From Alphaproteobacteria bacterium (lineage in GTDB: Bacteria; Pseudomonadota; Alphaproteobacteria; SMXQ01), in contig JBJHBM010000001.1 in NCBI GenBank assembly GCA_050485485.1, positions 41,037 through 105,036 of the forward strand: a stretch of DNA of 64,000 nt, in the 5' to 3' direction. The notes beneath the pieces are model-generated. The model was not told the DNA's origin, made no database searches, and saw only the letters and a list, made by a program, of their open reading frames with translations. Both the position numbers and the translations under genes were made by a program. Below are positions 1 through 9,899 of this stretch, in pieces; the stretch's first letter is position 1, and every line of letters starts with the position of its first letter.

Positions 1-37
1 GGGGGATCGTCGCCGTATCGTTGATGAGCGTGGCCAT
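1..37 (-). CDS. 5' end of a gene running off the window edge (MATLINDTATIP...)
   Basis: ATG at 37 on the minus strand, preceded by AGGAG, 41 bp downstream of the cupin stop; only 12 codons visible. Confidence 0.55.
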   Translation of the reverse strand, partial: MATLINDTATIP

Positions 38-78
38 CGTGTTCTCCTGTATAGGCAGCGTTCGCGCGCGCCCGTTGG

Positions 79-1134
79 TCAATCTTCGATCTGTTCACGA
101 TAGAGCCCGAACGCGTCCGCGATCGGCCGGTCGGTCACCGTGAATAAAACGGCGGGCTCGCGCGACGATGTGTTGGTCAGCCGGTGCCAGGTCCAGTTAG
201 GGACGGCGATTCCGTCATGGCGCGAAAAAGCGAGCGTGGTGTCGTCGAGGACCACAGCGCCTTCGCCCGCCACAACGAAATGGACGGCGCCGGCCGCGCG
301 CCTGCGGCGTGCGCCGCTGAAGCCGGGCGGCAGCAGTTGCGCGACGCAGGACAGCGTCGGAAGCGCGGCGCCGCCGGTCGCCGGGTTGACGTATTCCAGG
401 GCGACGCCGTCGGCAGGGTGGGGCGGCTGCTCTGCGAGCGCATCGAGCCGCGCGCGCACGTCGGTCCATGGATAGCGGTGCGCGCGGTTTGCCGTCACGT
501 TATCCGTGCGCAATGGACGCAGTAGGTGACTTGTCGCGTCGGTTGCTACGTTGCGCCGGTCCTGCACCGTCTCGCCCAATTCCTCATAGAAGTTCTGGTC
601 GATGGCGCCGATGAAGGGTACGTCCAGCACGTCGAGCCAGATCGCGGGACGGCCGATGCCGTTGTGATGGTCGTGCCAAACCCAGCCGGGGGTCAGGACG
701 AGATCGTACGGGTGCATCGGCAGGGCCTCGCCGTCCACGACCGTAAAGACGTCCTCGCCGCCCTGGATCGTGAACCTGAGCGCGTTCACCGAATGACGGT
801 GGGCCCAGGCGATTTCCCCCGGCTGGATGATCTGCACGCCGGCCATCAGCGTGGCGGTGGTGCCGCGCGCGAGGCCGGGGTTCATGAAGATCATGCTGCG
901 GCGCGCGGTGAAGCTTTCGGGCAGCGCGCGACAGGCGCCGTCGAGAATCGGCTCGATGTCGCGCCAGGCCCAAAGCGTCGGGCGGGCGGCGGGGCGCGGC
1001 TCGATCCGCATCCTTCCGTCCAGGCCGCGCGCGGCGTTTTCCGGCCGGTTCGAGCCGACCTGCCATTGGCCTTTGATGTGGGCCTTGGCCATCAGGGCCT
1101 CGAGGGCGGCGAGCGCTTCCGTCTGCTCGGTCAT
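79..1134 (-). CDS. Gentisate 1,2-dioxygenase-family bicupin ring-cleaving dioxygenase
   Basis: RRSMIFMNPGL, AWAHRHSVNALRF and LTPGWVWHDH motifs; C-terminal cupin has RRR where HRH is usual. Confidence 0.85.
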   Translation of the reverse strand: MTEQTEALAALEALMAKAHIKGQWQVGSNRPENAARGLDGRMRIEPRPAARPTLWAWRDIEPILDGACRALPESFTARRSMIFMNPGLARGTTATLMAGVQIIQPGEIAWAHRHSVNALRFTIQGGEDVFTVVDGEALPMHPYDLVLTPGWVWHDHHNGIGRPAIWLDVLDVPFIGAIDQNFYEELGETVQDRRNVATDATSHLLRPLRTDNVTANRAHRYPWTDVRARLDALAEQPPHPADGVALEYVNPATGGAALPTLSCVAQLLPPGFSGARRRRAAGAVHFVVAGEGAVVLDDTTLAFSRHDGIAVPNWTWHRLTNTSSREPAVLFTVTDRPIADAFGLYREQIED

Positions 1135-1290
1135 GGCGGTTCCGGTTCTCCCTGCACCCGATTCGGTGTCCGGGCTTCAGGCCACAGCATAGCCAAGCCG
1201 GGATATCAGGAAAACAATCTTGAATTTCAAAATCGGGCTATGCCTACTTATGACGCAACATTCACGTTCCAAGAATAAGGGGAGGACAAT

Positions 1291-2337
1291 ATGAGAATGG
1301 CCGCCTTTATCCATACTGCCTGTTTCGCCGTGGCAGCCTTCGGTGTCGCCGGCGCGGCATCCGCCGAGGATTTTTTTGCAGGCAAGACCGTCACGGTTTC
1401 GATCGGCTCGGCCGCCGGCGGCAGCTATGACGCCTATGCCCGGCTGATGGCGCGGCACATGGGGCGCCATCTTCCCGGAAATCCGACCTTCGTGCCTCGG
1501 AATATGCCCGGGGCGGCCGGCACGCGTGTGGCGGCCTTCATTCATGGAGTCGCCGAACGCGACGGCACGCAGCTCGGCGCCACGCTCAACACGATACCGA
1601 TTACCCAGCTTACCCGTCCCGACCAGGCCAAGTACAACGTGGGGGAGCTCAACTGGATCGGCAGCGCGGCGAGCCCGGCCAACGTGCTCGTGGTCTGGCA
1701 TATGGCCGGCGTGCGTACCCTGGACGATGCGAGGCAGCGGGAAGTGTTGATCGGTGCCACAACGCCGGGAACCACGATGGAGATGTATCCGTTGATGGCG
1801 AATCGCCTGTTCGGTACGAAATTCCGGGTGGTGCTGGGTTATAATGGCGGAACCGACGTGAACCTCGCGATGGAGCGTGGCGAGGTGCAGGGACGCGGCA
1901 GCAATTCCTGGCTGTCCTACAGGTTCCAGAACCCCGATTGGGTCCGTGACGGCCGAATCGTACCCTTGTTCCAGATGACGCTGACGCGCGATCCCTTGCT
2001 CGCGGATGTTCCGTGTCTGATCGAGTATGCCGCCAACGACGAGGAAAGAGGCGTCGTTTCGCTGTTGGCGACGACCGAAACGATCGGGCGCGCGATGATC
2101 GCCCCTCCCGGCGTGCCGCCCGAGCGTATTGCGCTGTTGCGCAAGGCGTTCGCCGCCGCCGTCGCCGATCCCATGCTGCTCGGCGAGGCGAGCCAGGCCA
2201 AGCTGGACATCCAGCCCATAGGGGGCGAGGACTTGCAGCGCATGGTGGAGGGGATCGCCAATGCCCCGGCGAACGTCGTGGCGCGATTCGTCGCGGCCGT
2301 ATCCTCCGAGGGGCCGGCCGACAGGAAAAGCCGATAG
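1291..2337 (+). CDS. Tripartite tricarboxylate transporter substrate-binding protein (TctC/Bug family)
   Basis: Signal peptide; GSAAGGSYDAYAR, NMPGAAG and AMERGEV motifs; GGAGG RBS. Confidence 0.88.
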   Translation: MRMAAFIHTACFAVAAFGVAGAASAEDFFAGKTVTVSIGSAAGGSYDAYARLMARHMGRHLPGNPTFVPRNMPGAAGTRVAAFIHGVAERDGTQLGATLNTIPITQLTRPDQAKYNVGELNWIGSAASPANVLVVWHMAGVRTLDDARQREVLIGATTPGTTMEMYPLMANRLFGTKFRVVLGYNGGTDVNLAMERGEVQGRGSNSWLSYRFQNPDWVRDGRIVPLFQMTLTRDPLLADVPCLIEYAANDEERGVVSLLATTETIGRAMIAPPGVPPERIALLRKAFAAAVADPMLLGEASQAKLDIQPIGGEDLQRMVEGIANAPANVVARFVAAVSSEGPADRKSR

Positions 2338-2574
2338 GAAAGTGGCCGGGGCCGAGACGTCCGGTTCCGGCCGACACCCCCAAGAAGGACTGGACGAGGA
2401 CCGTCCATGACCATCGATAGCTTCCGGGGGGAAACCGCGCGGGCGAAGCCCGTACCGGACATGCCTGGACAGGTTTCGGCGCCGGCTCGTGCTGCCGTCG
2501 CCGGGGATGCAGAACGTGAGCGCCGACGGGGCCTGAGAAACCGCTGCCACTTTTCCGGTTAAGTCTGCGGCGAA

Positions 2575-2595
2575 GAACGCTAATATACAGCGTTC
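2575..2595. promoter_or_regulatory. Perfect 7-7-7 inverted repeat upstream of pcaH; candidate operator
   Basis: GAACGCT-aatatac-AGCGTTC about 65 bp upstream of the pcaH start. Confidence 0.4.
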
Positions 2596-2659
2596 GATGT
2601 CTAATGGTTCGGCGGGAAAGCATCATCCGCCGGATGCCGCGCGCAGCATGGGAGCAACC

Positions 2660-3370
2660 GTGAGCGAGACCGCAAACTACCGGCCGCGGGATTGGAGCGT
2701 CCAGCCCCCCTACCTTGCGAAAGAGTACAAATCGACGATCGACCGGTCGCCCCGCAAGCCCCTGATCCCGCTTCCCCAGACGCTGTCGGAGCTGACCGGG
2801 CCGGTGTACGGCCACGACGCCGCGCGCGAGATCGACAGCGACCTCACCCGCAACGGCGCGGTCAACGGCGCGCCGGTTGGCCAGCGCATCGTCGTCGCGG
2901 GGCGCGTTCTGGACGAGGACGGGCGGCCGGTGCCGAACACGCTGGTCGAGATCTGGCAGGCCAACGCGGGCGGGCGCTACGTCCATAAGGTGGACCGGCA
3001 CGACGCGCCGCTCGATCCCAATTTCTTCGGCGCGGGACGCTTCCTGACCGGGCCGGACGGCCGCTACCGCTTCGTCACGATCCGGCCGGGCGAATACCCC
3101 TGGGCCAACCACGACAAGGCGTTCCGCCCGGCGCATATCCACTTCTCGCTGTTCGGGCCGAGCTTCGTCACGCGCCTCGTCACGCAGATGTATTTCCCCG
3201 GCGACCCCCTGCTGGAACTCGATCCGATCTTCCTCTCGGTGCCGGACGCCGGGGCACGCGCGCGCCTGGTGTCGCGTTATTCGGTCGAGGAGACGGTGGC
3301 CGACTGGGCGCTCGGCTACACCTTCGACATCGTGCTGCGCGGGCGCGGCGCCACGCCCATGGGGCTTTGA
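2660..3370 (+). CDS. pcaH: Protocatechuate 3,4-dioxygenase beta subunit
   Basis: TLSELTGPVYG, IWQANAGGRY and YPW...RPAHIHFSLFG with Fe(III) Tyr/Tyr/His/His ligands; GTG start after GGAG. Confidence 0.95.
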   Translation: MSETANYRPRDWSVQPPYLAKEYKSTIDRSPRKPLIPLPQTLSELTGPVYGHDAAREIDSDLTRNGAVNGAPVGQRIVVAGRVLDEDGRPVPNTLVEIWQANAGGRYVHKVDRHDAPLDPNFFGAGRFLTGPDGRYRFVTIRPGEYPWANHDKAFRPAHIHFSLFGPSFVTRLVTQMYFPGDPLLELDPIFLSVPDAGARARLVSRYSVEETVADWALGYTFDIVLRGRGATPMGL

Positions 3371-3372
3371 GC

Positions 3373-3981
3373 ATGACCGAACGCAAGCTGGTGCAGACCG
3401 CCGCCCAGACCATCGGGCCGTATTTCGCCTATTGCCTCACGCCCGCGTCCTACGGCCGGCCGGGCATCGCCGATAGCGTGCTGGCGACGCCGGAAACGCA
3501 GGGCGCGCGCATCCGCATCGCCGGGCGGCTGCTGGACGGCACCGGCGCGCCGATGGACGACGCGCTGATCGAGCTGTGGCAGGCCAATGCGGCGGGACGC
3601 TACGCCCATCCCGCCGATGCGCGCGACGACGTGCCGCTCGATCCGTCCTTCGCCGGATTCGGGCGCTGCATGACGGCCAAGGACGGAAGCTTCGCCTTCG
3701 ACACCGTGAAGCCTGGCCGGGTGCCGGGCCTCGGCAACCGGCTGCAGGCGCCCCACGTCAGCATCGCGATCCATTCGCGCGGCATGATGTCGCACGCCTT
3801 CGGGCGCATCTACTTTTCCGACGAGGCGGCGGCCAACGCCGAGGACCCGGTGCTCGCCACGGTCCCGGAGGCGCGCCGCGCGACCCTGATCGCCGTGCGC
3901 GAAGACGCGCCGGGCGGCGCGATCTACCGCCTCGACATCCACATGCAGGGCGAGCGGGAAACCGTGTTCTTCGACGCCTGA
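3373..3981 (+). CDS. pcaG: Protocatechuate 3,4-dioxygenase alpha subunit
   Basis: QTIGPYF, WQANAAGRY, QAPHV and QGERETVFFD motifs; directly follows pcaH. Confidence 0.95.
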   Translation: MTERKLVQTAAQTIGPYFAYCLTPASYGRPGIADSVLATPETQGARIRIAGRLLDGTGAPMDDALIELWQANAAGRYAHPADARDDVPLDPSFAGFGRCMTAKDGSFAFDTVKPGRVPGLGNRLQAPHVSIAIHSRGMMSHAFGRIYFSDEAAANAEDPVLATVPEARRATLIAVREDAPGGAIYRLDIHMQGERETVFFDA

Positions 3982-4024
3982 GGCCGAAGCCCGGGCGCGG
4001 GACACCAACGCGGGACGAGAGGTC

Positions 4025-5371
4025 ATGGCCGGCGACGGTCTGTTCGATCACATCTTCGCGGACGGCGCCATGGCGGCGGTGTTCTCCGACCGTGCCCACG
4101 TCCAGGCGATGCTCGACTTCGAGGCGGCGCGGGCCCGGGCCGAGGCCGCCGCGGGCGTGATCCCGGCCGAGTCCGCCGCCGCCATCGCCGCGTGCTGCGA
4201 CGCGTCCCTCATCGACCTCGAGGCGCTCGGGGCCAAGGCGCGCGAGGCGGGCAACACCTTCATCCCGCTCCAGGGGATGCTGGTGGCGCTGGTCGCGGCG
4301 CGCGACCTGGCGGCGGCCGGTCACGTCCACTGGGGCGCCACCAGCCAGGACGCCATCGACACCGGCCTCGCGCTCCAGCTGGGCTGCGCCTTCGGTCTGC
4401 TGGACGGCGGCCTCGCGCGGCTCGCGGCGGCGCTCGCCCGGCTCGCCGAAACCCATCGCGGCACCGTCATGGCCGGACGCACCTGGATGCAGCAGGCGCT
4501 GCCCGTGACCTTCGGCCTCAAGGCCGCGCTGTGGCTCGACGCGGCGACGCGCCAGCGCGCGCGGCTCGCCGAGCTGCGCCCGCGCGTGCTCGCGCTGCAG
4601 TTCGGCGGTGCGGCCGGCACGCTCGCCGCGCTCGGGACGGAGGGCCCGAAGGTGGCCGAGGCGCTCGCCCGCGACCTCGGCCTCGCGTTGCCCGAGGTGC
4701 CGTGGCACGGCGCCCGCGACCGGGTGGTCGAGGCGGGGCTGTTCGCGGCGCTGCTGACCGGGACGCTCGGCAAGATTGCGCGCGACGTGGCGCTGCTCGC
4801 GCAGACCGAGATCGGCGAGGTGGCCGAGCCGGCGGGCGAAGGCCGCGGCGGCTCCTCCGCCATGCCCCACAAGCGCAACCCGGTGTCCTCGGCCGCGATC
4901 CTGGCGGCGGCCGCGCGTGCGCCCGGCCTCGCCGCCACCCTGCTCGCCGCCATGCCGCAGGAGAACGAGCGCGGCCTCGGCGGCTGGCAGGCCGAATGGG
5001 CGGTGCTGCCGGAGCTCTACCGGCTCGCCGCTGGCGCGCTCGCCCAGGCGGTCGTGCTGGTGGAGGGGCTCGAGGTGTTTCCCGCGCGCATGGCCGACAA
5101 CCTCGGTGCGACCCGGGGCCAGCTCATGGCGGAAGCGGTCAAAATGGCGCTGGGGCGCAAGATCGGCCAGGCGGCGGCCCATGCGGCGGTGGCGCGCGCC
5201 TGCCGCGCGGCGGGGGAGGGCTCGACCCTGCGCACGGCGCTGCTGGCCGACGCCGAGATCGCGGTCGCGCTGTCGGCGGCCGAGATCGACGCCGCGCTCG
5301 CGCCCGAGGGTTATCTCGGCGCGGCCGAAGTTTTCATCGAGCGTGCGCTCGCCGCGCACCGGCGGTCCTGA
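4025..5371 (+). CDS. pcaB: 3-carboxy-cis,cis-muconate cycloisomerase
   Basis: Fumarase/lyase-family GSSAMPHKRNP, HWGATSQD and ENERGLGGWQAEW motifs; pca context. Confidence 0.93.
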   Translation: MAGDGLFDHIFADGAMAAVFSDRAHVQAMLDFEAARARAEAAAGVIPAESAAAIAACCDASLIDLEALGAKAREAGNTFIPLQGMLVALVAARDLAAAGHVHWGATSQDAIDTGLALQLGCAFGLLDGGLARLAAALARLAETHRGTVMAGRTWMQQALPVTFGLKAALWLDAATRQRARLAELRPRVLALQFGGAAGTLAALGTEGPKVAEALARDLGLALPEVPWHGARDRVVEAGLFAALLTGTLGKIARDVALLAQTEIGEVAEPAGEGRGGSSAMPHKRNPVSSAAILAAAARAPGLAATLLAAMPQENERGLGGWQAEWAVLPELYRLAAGALAQAVVLVEGLEVFPARMADNLGATRGQLMAEAVKMALGRKIGQAAAHAAVARACRAAGEGSTLRTALLADAEIAVALSAAEIDAALAPEGYLGAAEVFIERALAAHRRS

Positions 5372-5385
5372 ACGGAGGCCTCATC

Positions 5386-5784
5386 ATGGACGAACGCGAC
5401 CGGCACAAGCAGGGCATGGGGGTGCGCCGCGCCGTACTCGGCGACGCCCACGTGGACCGCGCCGAGAAGGGCAAGACCGACTTCAACGGCGACTTCCAGG
5501 ACTTCATCACGCGCTACGCCTGGGGCGAGGTGTGGGCGCGGCCCGGCCTCGACCGCAAGACCCGCAGCCTCGTCACCATCGTCATGCTGGTGGCGCTCAA
5601 CCGCGAGGCGGAGCTGCGCATGCACCTGCGCGCCGCCGCCAACACCGGCGTCACCCGCGCCGAGATCAAGGAAGCGCTGCTTCATTCTGCGCTCTACTGC
5701 GGCCTGCCGGCGGCCAACGGCGCGATCCACCTCGCCGAGGAGGTATTCGAAACCACCGAGGAATGGCGCGCGAAGAAGGCGTGA
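5386..5784 (+). CDS. pcaC: 4-carboxymuconolactone decarboxylase
   Basis: C-terminal part of ORF 4192..5784: GMGVRRAVLGDAHVDRA, FQDFITRYAWGEVWARPGLDRKTRS, YCGLPAAN; GGAGG RBS. Confidence 0.93.
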   Translation: MDERDRHKQGMGVRRAVLGDAHVDRAEKGKTDFNGDFQDFITRYAWGEVWARPGLDRKTRSLVTIVMLVALNREAELRMHLRAAANTGVTRAEIKEALLHSALYCGLPAANGAIHLAEEVFETTEEWRAKKA

Positions 5785-5806
5785 GGCGGCGCCCGGTCCG
5801 CCGCCG

Positions 5807-7684
5807 CTACTTCCCGCCGCGCCCGCCGGTGTGGGCCTCGGCGTAGCCCGGCAGCACGCGCGCGTCGATGAGGTAGCGCCCGCCGGCCTTCACGGCCTTG
5901 CGCCCGCGCGCGAGCGCCGCGGCGAGCTTGCGGGTCGTGTCCACCGTCTCCGCCGCGAAGCCCTGGGCCTCCGCCATCTTGCAGAGGTCCACCGGGGGCG
6001 CGTCGAGGCGCTGGCCGATCCACTTGTTGCCGACCGGCCGGTCGCGGTCCCTGGCCACGCGCTCCTGATGTGCCTCGTCGTTGAAGTAGGAGCGGTTGTT
6101 GGACACCACGATCATCATCGGCAGCCCGACGTGGGACGCGGTCCACAGCGCGCTCACCCCCATCAGGAAGTCGCCGTCGCCCAGCACCGAGAGCGCCATG
6201 CGGCCCGTCTCGCGGAGCGCGAGCGCCGCGCCGACGCTGTGGCCGGGGCCGGTGCCGACCGCGCCGCCCTGGTCGTTGCCGAGGAAGTCGAGCGGATGGG
6301 TGAAGCGGCACGCCTCGCCCGGCCAGCCGAGCGCGGTGCGCGAGAGCGTCGCCCGGTTCGCGCGCGCGAAATCCGCGACCGTGAGCGCCACGTCGAGCGG
6401 GTTGAGCGGCCCGCGCGCGGTCGGCTTGAGATGGCCGCGCTCGGTCCCGGTCCAGTGGGGCATCCCGCGCGTGGCGGCGGGCAGCGGGGCGGTCCTGCGC
6501 GCCGCGGGCCCGAGCGCGTCGAGCAGTTGCGCGACGAAGGTGTCGGGATCGGCGAGGATCGGCACGTCCACCGCGGGCAGGGCCTGGTGGTCCATGCTCC
6601 AGCCGTTGTGGACATAAGGGTCGAGCGAGCACGAGACCACGCGTGCGTCCACCGGCGCGCTGGTCTGCGCGGCGCCGAAGATTTGCTGCAGGAACCCGGC
6701 CGGGTCGAGCCAGTCGAACGACACCAGCACGTCCGCCCGGCGGATCAGCTCCGCGACCGGCCGGCCGGGCCGGAACGACGGCGGCGCGAGGTGGTTGGGA
6801 TGCTCGGTCGGGAACGCCGCGGCGTTGTGCAGGTCGGTGACGACCGCCGCGCCCAGCGCCTCGGCGAGCCGGACGCGACGCTTCCAGTCCTCGGCGTCGC
6901 GCGAGACGCGCCCCATCATCAGGACCGGGAACTTCGCCTTGCGCACCAGCGCGAGGGTTTCCTTGACCGCCTCGGCGGGCGCCGGCGGCGGCGCGGCCGG
7001 ACGGAAGCGCCGCACGTCGGGGAACGTCACCTCGCGCGCGAGCGGCGTCTCCTGGAGATCGGCGTCGAGGCACACGTAGACCGGGCCGTAGGGCCTGGTC
7101 GTCGCCATCTGCGCCGCGCGCAGGATCGATTCCACGGCGGCCTCGGGCGAGGCCGGCTGGTCGTCCCACTTGACGTAGGGGCGCACCATCGCGCCCTGGT
7201 CCTTGGCCGTGTGGATCCAGTCGATCCACGGGCGCCGCCGGGCGGCGTCCACCGGCCCGGTGGCACCGAGCACGATCACCGGGGTGCGCCCGCACCAGGC
7301 GTTGAAGATCGGCATGGTGCCGTGCAGCAGGCCGACGTTGGAATGGAGCGCGACCGCCATCGGCCGCTCCGTGACGCGGGCGTAGCCGTCGGCGATGGCG
7401 ACCGCATGCTCCTCGTGCAGGCACACCAGCATCTGCGGGTTGGCGTTGCCGAGGTAGTTGACGATCGAATCGTGAAGCCCGCGGTAGCTCGCGCCCGGCA
7501 CCAGGGCGATGTACTTGAGGTCGAGGCGGCGAATCGCCTCGGCCATCACGTCGGAGCCCCAGCCCATGCGCCGGTTGCCGAGGCCCTCGGGCCGGTCGAC
7601 GGCGGGGAAGGCGGGCCGGTCGCCGCCGGCGGAAGCCTGTCGCTTGCGGTTCTTCGCCTTGGCGGCGGTGCGTGCGGTCGCCAT
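5807..7684 (-). CDS. Thiamine-pyrophosphate-dependent enzyme (acetolactate synthase/benzoylformate decarboxylase superfamily)
   Basis: LHEEHAVAIADGYA and GDGDFLMG...NN TPP-binding motif. Confidence 0.85.
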   Translation of the reverse strand: MATARTAAKAKNRKRQASAGGDRPAFPAVDRPEGLGNRRMGWGSDVMAEAIRRLDLKYIALVPGASYRGLHDSIVNYLGNANPQMLVCLHEEHAVAIADGYARVTERPMAVALHSNVGLLHGTMPIFNAWCGRTPVIVLGATGPVDAARRRPWIDWIHTAKDQGAMVRPYVKWDDQPASPEAAVESILRAAQMATTRPYGPVYVCLDADLQETPLAREVTFPDVRRFRPAAPPPAPAEAVKETLALVRKAKFPVLMMGRVSRDAEDWKRRVRLAEALGAAVVTDLHNAAAFPTEHPNHLAPPSFRPGRPVAELIRRADVLVSFDWLDPAGFLQQIFGAAQTSAPVDARVVSCSLDPYVHNGWSMDHQALPAVDVPILADPDTFVAQLLDALGPAARRTAPLPAATRGMPHWTGTERGHLKPTARGPLNPLDVALTVADFARANRATLSRTALGWPGEACRFTHPLDFLGNDQGGAVGTGPGHSVGAALALRETGRMALSVLGDGDFLMGVSALWTASHVGLPMMIVVSNNRSYFNDEAHQERVARDRDRPVGNKWIGQRLDAPPVDLCKMAEAQGFAAETVDTTRKLAAALARGRKAVKAGGRYLIDARVLPGYAEAHTGGRGGK

Positions 7685-7858
7685 CGTTCTCCTCTGTGCC
7701 GTGACGGTCGGGGTCGGGTACCATAACCGCCTTGCCCGCAGGGGCAAACCCGGTCAATGGCGGTCCCGGCCCGTGCTAAGGAAGGGCCGAACGAACCGAT
7801 CGGGGAGCCTGCCGCATCGTTCGAACCGGTCAGTGAAGCCAGTCGAGGATCGCTAGGA

Positions 7859-8530
7859 CTATTTCTTCTCCCGTGCGCGCTTCTGCGCGGCGACGGAATG
7901 GGGCGTCGGCACAACGATGTCGAAGGCATAGAGCCGTGCGCCCGGTTCCATGCCGGGTTCCGGCGGCAGGGCGCGGGCCGTGACGCGCGCATCCTGGTTG
8001 AGGCGGCGGTGGCGCGTGAGCAGCTCGTCCTGGTCGTTCAACGTCTCGCCCGGGAAGTACATCTGCGTCACCAGCCGGTCATGGGCGGTGGTGACCTGGA
8101 AATGGACGTGGGGCGGCCGCCACCATCCCGGGGTGGAGGTGGGATAGGGCCCGGGCATGGTGGTGCGGAAGGCGAAGCGCCCGTCGGCACCCGTCACCTG
8201 CACGCCCCAGCCGGTGAAACGGGGGTCGAGCTCGGCGGGGTTGAGGTCGCACGGATGCGGGTAGCGTCCATGGGGGTCGGCATGCCACACCTCGACCTCC
8301 GCGCCCGCGACCGGCGCGCCGGTCAGGTCCTTGACCTGCCCGCGCAGATGGATGACCTGGCCGGAAACGGTCGCGCCGTCCTTCGGCGAGCGGGTGAGGT
8401 CGGCACCGCGGTCCTCCGGCTTCTCCACCGGGTACATGGGGCCGATCTCCTCGCTCGGCGTGCGAGGCAGGAACTTGGCCTCTTCCTGCAGCTTCCGGGC
8501 CTGCCGTTCGGCGGATACCTGGTCGTTCAT
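7859..8530 (-). CDS. Stand-alone intradiol ring-cleavage dioxygenase (PcaH-like)
   Basis: VWHADPHGRYPH, PGPYP, RPPHVHF and LVTQMYFPGE; all four Fe ligands appear present. Confidence 0.8.
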   Translation of the reverse strand: MNDQVSAERQARKLQEEAKFLPRTPSEEIGPMYPVEKPEDRGADLTRSPKDGATVSGQVIHLRGQVKDLTGAPVAGAEVEVWHADPHGRYPHPCDLNPAELDPRFTGWGVQVTGADGRFAFRTTMPGPYPTSTPGWWRPPHVHFQVTTAHDRLVTQMYFPGETLNDQDELLTRHRRLNQDARVTARALPPEPGMEPGARLYAFDIVVPTPHSVAAQKRAREKK

Positions 8531-8567
8531 CGCGTTTCCTTCCTGGGGCGCGTTTCGCGCTGGACGT

Positions 8568-9689
8568 TCATTCGGCGGCGCCGGGCAGGAACCCGGTGCG
8601 CCCGTCCCATACGCGGGCGGGCACGAGAGCATAACCTTCCATCAGGCGGCGCGCGGTGCGCAGCAGCCCGGCGCGTCGGACCGCGGGCATGTTGCCCGAT
8701 TCGTCGATCTCCAGCCCGACCGTGACTTCGCCCGTCGGATGCTCGAGCGACATCAGCTTGCGCGGCCCTTTCGGCACGCGGGCGATGCCGTCCGCCACCG
8801 AGCCCGGCAGTGCACAGGCGGTCGCGACGGTGACGGCGGCGAGGACGCCGAGCGTCGAATGGCAGTCATGCGGGATGAAGCACCGCGTCGCCGCTACGCC
8901 GCCCTTCTGCGGCGGCGCGATCAGGCACATCTTCGGCACGACCTTTGCCGCGACGTCGCCGAGGTTCATCAGGGGGCCTGCCGCGAGCCGTATCTTCTCG
9001 ATCGCCGCCTTGAGTCCGGCGTCGGCGTCGAGCGCGGCGCGGTCCTCGTAGCCGGTGCGCCCGAAGGAGCGCGCGTCCATCACCACCACCGGCATGCCGT
9101 TGTCGATCAGCGTGCAGGGTATGCCCGCGATCTCGTCCTTCACGTTGCCGGTCGGCAGCAGTGCGCCGCAGGCGGAGCCCGCGGTCTCGAGGAAGTGAAT
9201 CATGATCGGCGCCGCCGTGCCGGGCACGCCGTCGATGCTGGCTTCGCCGTCGTACTCGACGATGCCGCCGGGAGTGCGGATCACGGCCTCGCACACGTTG
9301 TTGCTGTTGACCATGTGGATGCGAATGCGGGTTTCCGGGTCGCGCGCCTTGAACAGTCCCTGCTCGATCGCGAACGGCCCGACCCCGGCCAGCATGTTGC
9401 CGCAGTTGGGGGAGATGTCGACCACGGGCTCGTCCACGACGACCTGTGCGAACAGGTAGTCCACGTCGGCATCCGGACGCGACGCGGGCCCGACAATCGC
9501 GACCTTGGTGGTCAGGGGATCGGCGCCGCCCAGGCCGTCGATCTGGCGCGGGTCCGGAGATCCCATCACGCGCAGCAGGACGCTGTCGCGCAGGCGTGGA
9601 TCGGTAGGTAGGTGGTCCGATCTGAAGTAGGCACCCTTGGAGGTGCCGCCCCGCATGAGGACGCAGGGTATCCGGGTCTGTGCGCCCAT
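8568..9689 (-). CDS. 4-oxalomesaconate tautomerase (PrpF/GalD/LigU family)
   Basis: MRGGTSKG, GSPDPRQIDGLGG, NCGNMLAGVGPFA, EHPTG and LLRTARRLMEG motifs. Confidence 0.88.
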   Translation of the reverse strand: MGAQTRIPCVLMRGGTSKGAYFRSDHLPTDPRLRDSVLLRVMGSPDPRQIDGLGGADPLTTKVAIVGPASRPDADVDYLFAQVVVDEPVVDISPNCGNMLAGVGPFAIEQGLFKARDPETRIRIHMVNSNNVCEAVIRTPGGIVEYDGEASIDGVPGTAAPIMIHFLETAGSACGALLPTGNVKDEIAGIPCTLIDNGMPVVVMDARSFGRTGYEDRAALDADAGLKAAIEKIRLAAGPLMNLGDVAAKVVPKMCLIAPPQKGGVAATRCFIPHDCHSTLGVLAAVTVATACALPGSVADGIARVPKGPRKLMSLEHPTGEVTVGLEIDESGNMPAVRRAGLLRTARRLMEGYALVPARVWDGRTGFLPGAAE

Positions 9690-9899
9690 TGATCTGCTCC
9701 CGACGCTCGATGATGTCTTCGAGAATCCGGCTGCAGCTTAGGCGCGAAACAGGAGTTTTGCCACAGATGGCGTAATGGGCATTTTATCGCGTGTCCGCTT
9801 GCACCACCTTCCTGCCTGTGAAATGATTTTACGATAAGCAAAGGGATTCTCCGACGCGCTCCTGCGCGGCGTTCCCGAAAACAAGGAACAGGGCGGGGC

